A DNA stretch of 64,000 nucleotides from Candidatus Poribacteria bacterium. Its GTDB lineage: Bacteria > Poribacteria > WGA-4E > WGA-3G. Position 1 is the first letter of the stretch. Each line of letters starts with the position of its first letter. Below the pieces are notes generated by a model. That model did no database searches. It was not told where the DNA came from and was given only the letters and a program-made list of their open reading frames with translations. Below, in pieces: positions 31,156 to 42,056 of this stretch. Made by a program: the position numbers and the translations under genes. The stretch is from positions 3,232,001 to 3,296,000 of the forward strand of contig CBDANF010000003.1 of NCBI GenBank assembly GCA_965197475.1, given 5' to 3'.

Positions 31156-31983
31156 ATGAAATTCAAACGTGAAGATATTTTAGCAAGTTTACGTGCCAAT
31201 ATTGACGCAGGCAAACCCATTATCGGGGCAGGTGCAGGTACAGGCATCTCAGCGAAATGCGAAGAAGCCGGTGGCATTGACCTGATTATCATCTATAACT
31301 CTGGTAGATTCCGGATGGCGGGTAGAGGTTCACTCGCTGGCATGATGCCTTACGGTGACGCAAACCAGATTGTCGTTGAGATGGCGAGCGAAGTTCTCCC
31401 TGTCATCAAAAAAACGCCTGTACTTGCAGGGGTCTGCGGCACAGACCCGTTTCGCTTGATGGATATATTCTTAGGTCAGATAGATGCTATCGGGTTTTCA
31501 GGTGTGCAAAATTTTCCGACAGTGGGGCTGATTGATGGCACATTCCGACAACTCCTTGAGGAAACAGATATGGGATACGTTCCTGAAGTTGAGATGATTC
31601 GGACGGCGCATCAGATGGGGCTACTCACTACGCCGTATGCCTTCAACGAAACCGAAGCGGAGCAGATGGCGGATGCAGGCGCGGATATCCTCGTCGCACA
31701 CATGGGATTGACGGCGAAAGGCTCTATCGGTGCAAAAACTGCCTTTACGCTTGCGGATGCAGCGAAACGTGTGCAAGCCATTCATGACGCTGCGAAAGGG
31801 GTTAATCCTGAAATTCTTGTGATTTGTCACGGGGGTCCTATTGCTGAGCCGGAAGACGCTACGTACGTCTTGGAAAATACTAAGAGTGTTGTGGGATTCT
31901 ATGGCGCATCAAGTGCTGAACGTCTGCCAACGGAGCGTGCGATTACTGCACAGATTGAGGCATTCAAAAAAATTAGGCTATAA
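31156..31983 (+). CDS. Phosphoenolpyruvate hydrolase-like / TIM-barrel signal transduction family protein
   Basis: [52 protein letters not shown] and [10 protein letters not shown] motifs. Confidence 0.9.
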   Translation: MKFKREDILASLRANIDAGKPIIGAGAGTGISAKCEEAGGIDLIIIYNSGRFRMAGRGSLAGMMPYGDANQIVVEMASEVLPVIKKTPVLAGVCGTDPFRLMDIFLGQIDAIGFSGVQNFPTVGLIDGTFRQLLEETDMGYVPEVEMIRTAHQMGLLTTPYAFNETEAEQMADAGADILVAHMGLTAKGSIGAKTAFTLADAAKRVQAIHDAAKGVNPEILVICHGGPIAEPEDATYVLENTKSVVGFYGASSAERLPTERAITAQIEAFKKIRL

Positions 31984-32047
31984 ATTGAAACTTTGGTAAA
32001 AACTTTTGATGGAGAAACAGAATTGCTCCATATCTTAGCAAAGGATA

Positions 32048-32857
32048 TTGAAAACTATGACTGATGAAGAAAAATTTCGCTTTGACTTAGCCGGTTTCCT
32101 CGTTCGTCCCGCGATTCTGAGCAAGGACGAAGTGGATGCGATTGTTAACCAGCTTGATCGGATCCGGCATAACCCAGAATCTCTACCACCAGAACACCGA
32201 GCTGTCCCAGGCGGTCCCGCGAGTGTTCTTATTGATCATCCGAAAGTAATTGAGGTGTTGCACCAACTCATCGGACCCGATATCCGAATGGAGAGCACTT
32301 TTTTCGGGTGGCGTGAAAAGGGACAAGAGCACGGTGGACTGCATGGCGGTGGTCCCCGACAAGCAGACCCTATCTTCGGTTATCGTGTGAACAACGGCAG
32401 GATTCATGCAGGAATGGTGCGCGTAGTCTTTGAACTCACTGATGTCTCTAAAAACGATGGCGGCACACATTTTATTGCAGGTAGTCATAAAGCAAATTTC
32501 CCGATGCATCCGGATCACATGTCGTTAGAAGATGGAAAACGGAGTCCTTTACTAATGACTTATGAGTGTTCTGCTGGTAGTGCGATCTTTTTTACGGAAA
32601 ACCTTTGCCACGCTGGTCCCAAATGGCAACGTGACACCCCGCGCATAGCGGTGCTAAATGCTTACGCGCACCTCGCAACGCATTGGCATCGTCTTCGTAT
32701 TCCACCAGACGTACTAAATGGGCTTCCGAGAGAAAAACAGGCATATTTCCGCGAACCGTGGATTGCGGACTTCCGAACACGTCCTGCCACCCATAACACG
32801 ATCGAACGTTTTGTGGATAATGACGAACCTCCGATAAATACTGACCATCGTCCGTAA
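32048..32857 (+). CDS. Phytanoyl-CoA dioxygenase (PhyH)-like Fe/2OG enzyme
   Basis: FDLAGFLV, LHGG, LTDV...GGT..IAGSHK and AGSAIFFTE.L.H motifs. Confidence 0.85.
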   Translation: MKTMTDEEKFRFDLAGFLVRPAILSKDEVDAIVNQLDRIRHNPESLPPEHRAVPGGPASVLIDHPKVIEVLHQLIGPDIRMESTFFGWREKGQEHGGLHGGGPRQADPIFGYRVNNGRIHAGMVRVVFELTDVSKNDGGTHFIAGSHKANFPMHPDHMSLEDGKRSPLLMTYECSAGSAIFFTENLCHAGPKWQRDTPRIAVLNAYAHLATHWHRLRIPPDVLNGLPREKQAYFREPWIADFRTRPATHNTIERFVDNDEPPINTDHRP

Positions 32858-33114
32858 TAGCGACATGTCAATACTGCTCTATCCGGTTGAACATCAGAGG
32901 CATTCAGTTTTCGGTTTTTGAATGCAGGAATCGGGATTCTGCCCGTTTGTTATCCACATAAATCGGACTTAGAAAACCCGCCCACAAGAGTATTTCGTGA
33001 CAATTGAATGGCTATGGGTTAAACATGATTTTATCTTTTCAATTCACGGAATTTGTGGTAGACTAACGTGATACGCGTAAAAAAGTAAACAGAGTTCACG
33101 ATTATGGGCAGATT

Positions 33115-34233
33115 ATGGCACATATCAAATTACAAAACATAGAAAAACGGTTCGGCGATGTTATCGCAATCAAAGATTTCAACTTGGAAATTGAAGATAA
33201 GGAATTTGTTGTATTCTTAGGTCCTTCTGGTTGTGGAAAGACAACAACACTTCGCTTAATCGCCGGGTTAGAACACCCTGAAGAAGGCGACATTCTAATT
33301 GACGGTCAACGTGTAAACGATCAATCCCCTGCAGACAGGGACATTGCTTTTGTGTTTCAATTTTATGCACTCTATCCACATCTGAGTGTATACGATAATA
33401 TTGCATTTCCGCTGAAAGCGGTGAAGGTTGTAAAATCGGAGATTGATGAGCGGGTTAAAAAGGTCGCGCAGATTTTACAAATATCCGATATTTTAAATCG
33501 GAAACCGAGTGTGCTTAGTGGAGGTGAGATGCAACGTGTTGCACTTGGACGTGCAATGGTACGCCAACCGAAAGTCTATCTCCTTGATGAACCGATGGCG
33601 AATTTAGACGCAAAACTCCGAATTGATACGCGAGCAGAAATAAAACGACTTCAACACGAAATCGGAGCAACTACCATTTTTGTTACGCATGATCAGGTTG
33701 AAGCGATGTCTCTTGCAGATCGAATTGCTGTTATCCATCAAGGCATGCTACAACAAATCGGCACACCTCACCAGATTTATAACAAACCGCAAAGCCTTTT
33801 TGTTGCGGGGTTCATGGGTATGCCGACTATGAATCTACTGGATGCCGAGCTTACCTCTCATGAAGGCAAAACCGCGTTGCAATTGAGCCATACCAATGTG
33901 CGGTTGGAACTCTCTCTGCAACAGAAATCCCACCTAAACGCGAATACACAGAAAAACGACTATGTTTTGGGTGTCCGACCTGAGCATATTACGGCATCCA
34001 GAGAACTGGTCGGACGAAAAATTTCTGCAGACGTACACCTCATTGAACCCCTTGGTGCTGTGAACATTCTTGACTTACGGCTTGGAACACATCAAGAAAC
34101 CAAAGAACCTGTTCTACTCCGTGTCAGAACACACCCAACTTTTTCAATTGAGGTGGGGGATACTATTTGGTTGGATTTTGATGAAAAACAGATGCACCTA
34201 TTTGATAGCAAAACAGAACAAGCAATTTGGTAA
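33115..34233 (+). CDS. Carbohydrate ABC transporter ATP-binding protein (MalK/UgpC-like)
   Basis: GPSGCGKT, LSGGEMQRVALGRA, LLDEP and VTHDQ motifs; C-terminal TOBE domain. Confidence 0.93.
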   Translation: MAHIKLQNIEKRFGDVIAIKDFNLEIEDKEFVVFLGPSGCGKTTTLRLIAGLEHPEEGDILIDGQRVNDQSPADRDIAFVFQFYALYPHLSVYDNIAFPLKAVKVVKSEIDERVKKVAQILQISDILNRKPSVLSGGEMQRVALGRAMVRQPKVYLLDEPMANLDAKLRIDTRAEIKRLQHEIGATTIFVTHDQVEAMSLADRIAVIHQGMLQQIGTPHQIYNKPQSLFVAGFMGMPTMNLLDAELTSHEGKTALQLSHTNVRLELSLQQKSHLNANTQKNDYVLGVRPEHITASRELVGRKISADVHLIEPLGAVNILDLRLGTHQETKEPVLLRVRTHPTFSIEVGDTIWLDFDEKQMHLFDSKTEQAIW

Positions 34234-34273
34234 TTTCGGTAAAACCCGAATATTTGATGGATTTTAAATAGAT

Positions 34274-35074
34274 ATGAAAATACCTTGTCGTTTAGCAGCT
34301 TTTGATTTAGATGGAACACTATTGAACAACAATCACAATTTATCAATGGAAAACTTTGAGGCACTTCAGCAGCTTGCAGCAAAAGAAGTCCTGGTTGTCT
34401 TAGTATCCGGAAGGATGCACCAATCTATTCAACCGATTAGTGATCGGATCGGATTGGAAAATCCTATTATTTCATATAATGGTGGAATGGTAAAACATGC
34501 GACTATAGGTGAAGTATATCATCATACACCTGTTTCAGCAGATGATGCTATGGCAATCGTCAAGGATTGCGTCAATCAGAATTTACATCTGAACTTTTGC
34601 TTAGACGATGAATTGTATGTCGCGGAGAAGAATGCGTGGAGTAATTTGTATGAATCACGAACCGGTGTTCCCGCTAAACCGATCGGGGATTTGCAACAGT
34701 TAGCAGGTAAAACACCAACAAAGCTGCTCATTATACATACGCCAGAAAAATTGCAGCCGTTATTAAAAAATTTCAAATCTACTTACGCAGAAAAACTTTA
34801 TGTAACGCAGACACAAGCAGAGTACATAGAATTCATGAACCCGAAGGTTACTAAAGGTCGAGCGTTGACAGCACTTGCAAATCGGTTCAACATACCGATA
34901 GATTCGGTTGTCGCTTTTGGTGATAGTTATAACGATGAAAGCCTGCTCCAAACAGCAGGTTTTGGGATCGCGATGGGAAACGCAGTTGCCGCAGTTAAAA
35001 CCGTGGCAGATTACATCACTACAACTAATGACGAAAACGGCGTAGCAAAAGCAATTTGGGAGTTAATTCTCTAA
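34274..35074 (+). CDS. Cof-type HAD-IIB hydrolase
   Basis: FDLDGTLL, SGR, KG and FGDSYND motifs. Confidence 0.93.
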   Translation: MKIPCRLAAFDLDGTLLNNNHNLSMENFEALQQLAAKEVLVVLVSGRMHQSIQPISDRIGLENPIISYNGGMVKHATIGEVYHHTPVSADDAMAIVKDCVNQNLHLNFCLDDELYVAEKNAWSNLYESRTGVPAKPIGDLQQLAGKTPTKLLIIHTPEKLQPLLKNFKSTYAEKLYVTQTQAEYIEFMNPKVTKGRALTALANRFNIPIDSVVAFGDSYNDESLLQTAGFGIAMGNAVAAVKTVADYITTTNDENGVAKAIWELIL

Positions 35075-35103
35075 TTCGTCAAACTCGGAAACAACGACGA
35101 AGT

Positions 35104-35361
35104 TTAACGAAGTTTATTTGACCTACTATATGGAAAATCTGCCATCAACACATAGGAATTGCCTTCACGTTTTATAGACATTGAGACAGAGTTCATCGTG
35201 AATTCAAAGTATTTTGCCAACACTTCAGTTAATTCAAACTGTAGTTTTTTCATTGAGTCATCGTTCACCTCAAACCGATCTTGTGTTAGAATGAGTTGTA
35301 AACGCTGTGTAGCGATATTGCTTGATTTAGACTTGCGAGTAAATAACCTTTTGAAATCCAT
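35104..35361 (-). CDS. minE: Cell division topological specificity factor
   Basis: SSNIATQRLQLILTQDR; downstream of minD. Confidence 0.9.
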   Translation of the reverse strand: MDFKRLFTRKSKSSNIATQRLQLILTQDRFEVNDDSMKKLQFELTEVLAKYFEFTMNSVSMSIKREGNSYVLMADFPYSRSNKLR

Positions 35362-35370
35362 AGTAACCCC

Positions 35371-36165
35371 TTATTTAGTTCTTGAAAACCAGTTCAATAT
35401 ATTAGAAAAAAAGTTTTTTTCTCGCATTTCAGGGATTGGAACTCGTTGTCCCGCCATGCGCCGCGCTATTCGCATATACGCCTCTGCCCCAGGAGACCCA
35501 TCGTTATGAACAAGCGGAACACCACGATTTGTAGAGGCGATAACACCGGTATCCTCAGGAACAACGCCGAGAAGATTAATGTTCAGAATGTCTAATACAT
35601 CATTCTTACTAATCATAGTCCCCTTTTTAACGAGTGTTGGCGACAACCGATTCAATACCAAGTTAATCGGTTCAATTCCTTGTTGTTGCAAGAGCCCAAT
35701 GATACGGTCAGCATCACGTATGGCTGAAACGTCTGGAGTAGTGATGATAATTGCCTCCTCTGCGCCAGCGGCAGCGTTGTGAAAACCTTGTTCAATTCCC
35801 GCAGGAGAGTCAACAAGTACGAAATCATATTCTTCTTTGAGTTTTTCACAGATATCCTGCATCTGTTCAGGTTTAATATCATCTTTTCTGTTGCGTTGTG
35901 AAGCAGCGAGTAACACTAAATCTCCGACGCGTCGGTCTTTAACAAGGGCTTTATCAAGCTCACATCGTTTATCTAAAACGTCCATAGAAGTAAAAACGAC
36001 TCGGCTCTCTAATCCCATTACGACATCAAGGTTCCGCAACCCAACGTCAGCATCAACTACAACCACTGTTTTGCCAATCATCGCTAACGCGGTCCCAAGG
36101 TTTGCCGTTGATGTCGTTTTACCGACTCCCCCTTTTCCAGAAGTAATCACGATAACCTTACCCAT
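35371..36165 (-). CDS. minD: Septum site-determining ATPase
   Basis: TSGKGGVGKTT, DADVGLRNLD and DSPAGIEQGF motifs; C-terminal amphipathic helix. Confidence 0.96.
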   Translation of the reverse strand: MGKVIVITSGKGGVGKTTSTANLGTALAMIGKTVVVVDADVGLRNLDVVMGLESRVVFTSMDVLDKRCELDKALVKDRRVGDLVLLAASQRNRKDDIKPEQMQDICEKLKEEYDFVLVDSPAGIEQGFHNAAAGAEEAIIITTPDVSAIRDADRIIGLLQQQGIEPINLVLNRLSPTLVKKGTMISKNDVLDILNINLLGVVPEDTGVIASTNRGVPLVHNDGSPGAEAYMRIARRMAGQRVPIPEMREKNFFSNILNWFSRTK

Positions 36166-36182
36166 AGTCAACCCTCCTTCTT

Positions 36183-36863
36183 TTAGAATTTAATAAATTC
36201 CTCTACGATGATAATATCTTCAGCACCAACGCGAGCGATTTCGGGATATCCTCTCGGCTTTTGTCCTATCGGGGGACGATTTACATACGAACCGATTTGA
36301 AGTTGTAATGGCACCAACTCCATTGAGATAATGACCGAGGAAAGGCTCCCATGCACACCCGCATGTGCGTTTCCACGTAACGCTCCAAGAACAATGATAT
36401 CTCCAGCGGCTACAACTTCTCCGCCAGGATTCACATCTCCATAAATAATTACACTTCCAACTAAACAAGATGTTGTCTGTCCTGACCGAATCGTTTGACG
36501 GACAATTTGAGATTGTTCAAAATTCGGGTGATTGTCGGCAGTCAAATTCGGAGAGATACTATGCGTTGCAGGTGCCGCCAAAATTGGCGATTCGTTCTTT
36601 TCATCAAATACGTTGACACCACTGACAACAAGATCATAGTTTTCTGTTAGGTGTGTTTCCAATTTTTTCAGATCTTGGGATGTTAATGGGGCTGTCTTCA
36701 TATCAATATGGACAGAAGTTCCTGCTAACGGTTGATTCATTCCAACCAGCAACTCACGAATTGCTGCCTCAACCTCAGGCAGGGAGACTTTCGGATTGAT
36801 AATCAGATGTAAACCATCTTTATATCCTCTGAGTTTCACGATTGATTTTTCCATTTTTCTCAC
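36183..36863 (-). CDS. minC: Septum site-determining protein
   Basis: IRSGQ...GDVNPGGEVVAAGDIIVLGALRGNAHAG; start may be the ATG at 36854. Confidence 0.93.
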   Translation of the reverse strand: MRKMEKSIVKLRGYKDGLHLIINPKVSLPEVEAAIRELLVGMNQPLAGTSVHIDMKTAPLTSQDLKKLETHLTENYDLVVSGVNVFDEKNESPILAAPATHSISPNLTADNHPNFEQSQIVRQTIRSGQTTSCLVGSVIIYGDVNPGGEVVAAGDIIVLGALRGNAHAGVHGSLSSVIISMELVPLQLQIGSYVNRPPIGQKPRGYPEIARVGAEDIIIVEEFIKF

Positions 36864-36932
36864 GCTGAAACCATATTGATGTGAGGATAATTCCTCAGTG
36901 TGAAGTTTAAAACGGCATTTACCTGCATAGGT

Positions 36933-38216
36933 TTAGGATGAAGCACTGCCTATTTTGGCAAGCACGTACGGCCCTTCAGGAATCGCTGCTATCTGAATAT
37001 CTTCACCGTAACGTGCCAAAAACTCTTCAATTCCTTCCTGTGGGTTTTTCAACGGATATACAAACAGTTTGGATCTCTGCTGATACGGAATGCCATCTGT
37101 ATAAAAATAGATGTCGGCTTTCCGAGCAACTTTTGCCAATTCTTCCAATTGCCACTGATCAATAACGAAGTTGGCGGGATTGTAAAGTCCTTCAACAAAA
37201 GCAGTAAGGTCATCAGTTTTGAAGAGTAGATCAGTGAACGGTTTGCTGCCAATACCCTCACTACAAGCGGCTACAAGTAGAATACTACCACCCTGTTTGA
37301 CAATTTCAACAGCTGTGAGTAAGCCTTTAATAGCCTGATAAAATGTAGTGTCCAACGGATACCCTGCACTGGAAACAACAACTGCATCAACAGGAGCAGG
37401 TAAAGTAACTTTCACCAACTTTTCAACGAATTGTGCACCAACTTGGTGAGATTCAACCATATCTCCTGCAAAAACACCTGTTATCTGTCGCTGTTTATCA
37501 ATTGCCACATTAAGGCTAAAATCAACACCAGCCATCAGAGCGATCTCGGTTGCTTCCATGTGGAAAGGGTTGCCCTCCAAGATACCGACAGCGGATTTTG
37601 GATGTTCCATCAGTTCAGGACCATGCATCACCTTCATCGTTTCAATAGAAGCGAGACCGGGGCAGATAGCTTTACGCCCGCCAGAATATCCTGCCATCAA
37701 ATGAGGTTCAATCAGTCCTGTTACAATCTTCAGATCCGCTACGAGGTAAGTCTTATCAATGTGAACTGGTGTGCTTTTATGCGTCTTGCCAAGATATGTA
37801 TGTGTTTCTGGCTTTTGAGAAAAATGGTTGACGATACGATACGTGTCCATGATCAAACGACCAACCATTTCTTCAAGTTCTTTTCCCTCATTGGGACGGT
37901 GAATACCTGTAGCGATAAGAATAGTAATCTTCTCGCGTGGCATCCCTGCCTGTTCAAGTGTTTCAAGTATCGGCGGTAGAATCACTTGATTCGGTACTGG
38001 ACGGGTAATGTCGGAAATTACAATACACGCAGAGTCACGCCCTTTCGCCACTTCTGCTAAGGGGGGTGAAGCAATAGGGTTCGAAATCACTTCCCGGACC
38101 GCTTTGTCAGCATCAGCTAACGGTACACTTTGTGCGGTTTCCAGTACACCTGCTAAATTTTTGTCCGGAATGTCTACCGCAACTGTACCGTGACCGTATT
38201 TCATCTTGACTTGCAT
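36933..38216 (-). CDS. larA: Nickel-pincer-dependent lactate racemase family protein
   Basis: SDITRPVPN, ATGIHR, NH, EPHLMAGYSGGRK and YQAIKG motifs; substrate not determinable from sequence. Confidence 0.85.
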   Translation of the reverse strand: MQVKMKYGHGTVAVDIPDKNLAGVLETAQSVPLADADKAVREVISNPIASPPLAEVAKGRDSACIVISDITRPVPNQVILPPILETLEQAGMPREKITILIATGIHRPNEGKELEEMVGRLIMDTYRIVNHFSQKPETHTYLGKTHKSTPVHIDKTYLVADLKIVTGLIEPHLMAGYSGGRKAICPGLASIETMKVMHGPELMEHPKSAVGILEGNPFHMEATEIALMAGVDFSLNVAIDKQRQITGVFAGDMVESHQVGAQFVEKLVKVTLPAPVDAVVVSSAGYPLDTTFYQAIKGLLTAVEIVKQGGSILLVAACSEGIGSKPFTDLLFKTDDLTAFVEGLYNPANFVIDQWQLEELAKVARKADIYFYTDGIPYQQRSKLFVYPLKNPQEGIEEFLARYGEDIQIAAIPEGPYVLAKIGSASS

Positions 38217-38327
38217 GTTTGAATTTCCTTAACTTAAAGCAAGTAAACAGTTATAGGATTAAAGTAATGTAAAACCAATTTAAAACATATCGTGAAACTT
38301 AAAATGTCGGAACTGTGAATACTTTTG

Positions 38328-38356
38328 AGTGTAACACATCTTATATTAGATGTCAA
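38328..38356 (-). promoter_or_regulatory. Putative sigma70 promoter of larA overlapped by a palindrome
   Basis: Minus strand TTGACA-17bp-TACACT; ACATCT-N6-AGATGT at 38336-38353. Confidence 0.6.
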
Positions 38357-38435
38357 ACTATTTCACGTTTTTCAAAGTTACGGAGACAATGGAATATCCG
38401 GTTTTATTTAAAATACTTGAATCTTATGAATTGAC

Positions 38436-38464
38436 TTGATTTTTTTTATATTGCATGCTAAACT
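38436..38464 (+). promoter_or_regulatory. Putative sigma70 promoter of the 38539 gene
   Basis: TTGATT-17bp-TAAACT with an extended -10 TG. Confidence 0.45.
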
Positions 38465-38538
38465 TTATATGTTTTCCACTGAAATCCCCAATAGGTTTAA
38501 GGAAGCAATTTTAATCTAAAAACGGAGAATTAAACAAC

Positions 38539-38925
38539 ATGCATCGTATTGAAGTTACCACAAAACCTAATGGTGCAGGTCGCAATTGGCTTGAAGTCGG
38601 ATTATTTGAAGTTGATGCACTCGGGCGTAAACAGTGGGTTAAGAAAAACGCACCTTATCAAGAATCAAAGCTAACTGTGGACAGACAATATTCAGAACGT
38701 GGTGAAACGATTGACTGGATCGTTCTCATTCCTGAAAATTATCTGCTCACCCTCGTCAAAATAACCTATGACCGTTTGAACCCCAAAAACGTTGAAGTGC
38801 TCTGGGAACCAGGAACATCTAACCAACCCGAGAATTCGCGTGAAAGTAAAAAGAAACGTGCTTTTGAACTTGCCGCTGAAAACGAAGAACTCACATCTCT
38901 ACTTAAGGAACTTCTTGAAAACTGA
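38539..38925 (+). CDS. Hypothetical protein
   Basis: GGAG RBS, putative promoter, plausible composition; no family recognised. Confidence 0.7.
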   Translation: MHRIEVTTKPNGAGRNWLEVGLFEVDALGRKQWVKKNAPYQESKLTVDRQYSERGETIDWIVLIPENYLLTLVKITYDRLNPKNVEVLWEPGTSNQPENSRESKKKRAFELAAENEELTSLLKELLEN

Positions 38926-39016
38926 CATCCCCGTATTTCAGCAAATAAATAAGGAATCGCTGTCACTTTAAAAGCACAGATTCCACATGACAATATGAAT
39001 TGTTCCGCGGATGTCC

Positions 39017-39048
39017 TTATACACGGTTATACACGGTTATACATGGTT
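39017..39048. repeat. 10-bp tandem repeat, 3 copies
   Basis: ttatacacgg ttatacacgg ttatacatgg. Confidence 0.8.
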
Positions 39049-39344
39049 CATTGATTTTACACAAAACCAATTTCAAACATCTCACTGCCAAGTGGTTAAA
39101 CTAACACAGCACTTTGTAATTCTACCCCTTAACCAAAATACGAAAATTATCTGAATTTGGTTACAACATTACTGCAAAAAACGTGAAATTTTTACGATTT
39201 ATAGAAAAATATGAAAATATCTATCGATTTTTGAGTGATTTTGCGGTGTTTGTAGTCAAAAAATGTCTTAAGCGCATGAGGTGTTGATTTATTACGTCTC
39301 TTTGAACTTAGTTGCGGTAAGCGGAACTTGCCTATCGCTTTTAA

Positions 39345-40088
<744 letters not shown>

Positions 40089-40352
40089 TTAAGTGTTAAC
40101 AATCTTTGTGGATTGCCGTTAAATGTTAGACAGACTCAATATATTCGTTTTACATTTTAATTTAAAACTACGCTTGTGTCAAAATTTATTTTTTGAACTA
40201 TTCAATTTCGGGAAGTAATGTTGTGCAAGGGCTTTGTAAACCCGATTTCTGTGTACAAAAATTGAACGTATCTGCAAAGACATCTAATAAGGTTGCCTTT
40301 TTTACGTGAACATGAGAAAATAGTAGTTAAGATTCTGTAGGGAGAGATAACC

Positions 40353-40859
40353 ATGAATTCAGAAAATTTTCGACTTGCTTTTTCAAAATCTAAGGATATT
40401 ACACTTAATTTTCTTGGTCGGGTTCTATCAAGTACGCGTGTGGAACCGATTCGGGATGAAGAAGGTGTTAAAGGCGTTAAAGCATCTTGGGTCGGCGAAC
40501 AAGGTGAAAGCAATATCGCTGTAAATACCGGTGAATTGAACGCCAATGTAAAAATTGAAGCTGACGAACCACCGACCGTAGAATATGTGCAATACGGTGA
40601 AAAACGTAGTGTTGCGATAAAAAATATCAATAATATATCTTGTGCAGTAGACCGAGAGACATTAGACCAGTTTGTCACACCGAGAGGTGCTGCGATCTCA
40701 GTTTGCGCTGGCGCAGCAGCAGGTTTAGTGGGTTGGTTTGTTGTTTCCGTCATGCGTTCTATAACGATTTCAACCAGAGAACAGGATGAGTCGTCTGTAG
40801 CTGCTATTTCTTCTGAGGATGCTGAAGCCACGGAGGAAAACCCACCCGCTGAAGAATGA
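40353..40859 (+). CDS. Hypothetical membrane protein
   Basis: RBS, C-terminal TM helix and acidic tail; ATGA overlap with the next gene. Confidence 0.7.
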   Translation: MNSENFRLAFSKSKDITLNFLGRVLSSTRVEPIRDEEGVKGVKASWVGEQGESNIAVNTGELNANVKIEADEPPTVEYVQYGEKRSVAIKNINNISCAVDRETLDQFVTPRGAAISVCAGAAAGLVGWFVVSVMRSITISTREQDESSVAAISSEDAEATEENPPAEE

Positions 40860-42049
40860 AAATTGTAGCCGTAGACCCTTTCTATTTTCGGATGCCAGAC
40901 ATCACATCGGCGGCTGATGGAACGCAAGATACGCTTTTAGTCCGAATTCGTACAGATGCGGGGATTGAAGGATGGGGAGAGTGTGATGCCTCTCCGTTGG
41001 TCAGCATTGCAGTCTATTGCTGCCCGATGTCACATGGAAATATCATCAACATTCACACTTCGCTAATTGGTGAAACACTTGATGCTCCTGACGATGTGCT
41101 TCGCTTGAGTGAAAAGGTGCTACGGAACGGGTTGGACATTCAACAGATACAACACGCTTATAGCGGAGCAGAAATCGCGCTATGGGATGTGGTCGGAAAG
41201 AAGTTAGAAAAACCTGTCTACTGCCTTCTTGCGGAGATGTCTGACACGTCTGACACAGCACATCCGAAATTGCCTTATGCGTCTGTCCTTTTCGGTGATA
41301 CGCCAGAAGTCACTTATCATATCGCAGCAGGTTTGCGCGAACGGGGATATCGCGCTGCAAAGTTTGGTTGGGGACCGATGGGACGATTTGGTGAGGAAAA
41401 CGACATTGCACTTGTGTGTGCTGCACGTGAAGGCATGGGAACTGATGCACAAATTATGATAGATGCTGGCGTTATTTGGGGAACTGATTACGAAACTGCT
41501 TTCAGTCGCGCGCAAGCATTTTCCCAATTTTCTCCCACCTGGTTGGAGGAACCGCTTGCTCCGGATGCGGTTGATGCGTACAGATCACTAACCGAGATGA
41601 ATCCATCTGTTTCCATCGCTGCAGGGGAGGGTTCAAACACCTATCGTATGGCTGAAGACCTCATCGTGCATGGTGGCATCCAGTTTGTGCAGATTGACAC
41701 GGGACGCATCGGTGGCATTTTGCCCTCTTTTCGGGTGTGCAGACTTGCAGAAAAGCATGGTGTCCAGTATGTTAATCACACCTTTAAAAGCCATCTCAGC
41801 CTTGCCGCTGCACTTCATGTTTTTGCCACAAACCCAGATTTCAATCTATTGGAATATCCTGCTGCGGGTTCAGAATTATCGCAACGTCTGGTAAAGCAAC
41901 CTTTTCAGATTGATTCAGATGGAATGGTGCAGGTGAAAGAGCTACCCGGGCTCGGTGTGCAAGTGGATACGGAAGCGATACGTCCGTATTTGGCACCGGT
42001 TCAGATTGGGGTCGGCGCGGATACGGTTTTTGAACAAGCACCACTTTAG
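40856..42049 (+). CDS. Mandelate racemase/muconate lactonizing enzyme family protein
   Basis: EIALWD, MIDAG, WLEEP, AAGE and PGLGV motifs. Confidence 0.92.
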   Translation: MKIVAVDPFYFRMPDITSAADGTQDTLLVRIRTDAGIEGWGECDASPLVSIAVYCCPMSHGNIINIHTSLIGETLDAPDDVLRLSEKVLRNGLDIQQIQHAYSGAEIALWDVVGKKLEKPVYCLLAEMSDTSDTAHPKLPYASVLFGDTPEVTYHIAAGLRERGYRAAKFGWGPMGRFGEENDIALVCAAREGMGTDAQIMIDAGVIWGTDYETAFSRAQAFSQFSPTWLEEPLAPDAVDAYRSLTEMNPSVSIAAGEGSNTYRMAEDLIVHGGIQFVQIDTGRIGGILPSFRVCRLAEKHGVQYVNHTFKSHLSLAAALHVFATNPDFNLLEYPAAGSELSQRLVKQPFQIDSDGMVQVKELPGLGVQVDTEAIRPYLAPVQIGVGADTVFEQAPL

Positions 42050-42056
42050 CGCAATA

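Noticed and set aside
40202-40927. 241-aa minus-strand ORF
   Set aside because: It is antisense to the plus-strand gene 40353-40859, which has an RBS and couples to the enolase-family gene.
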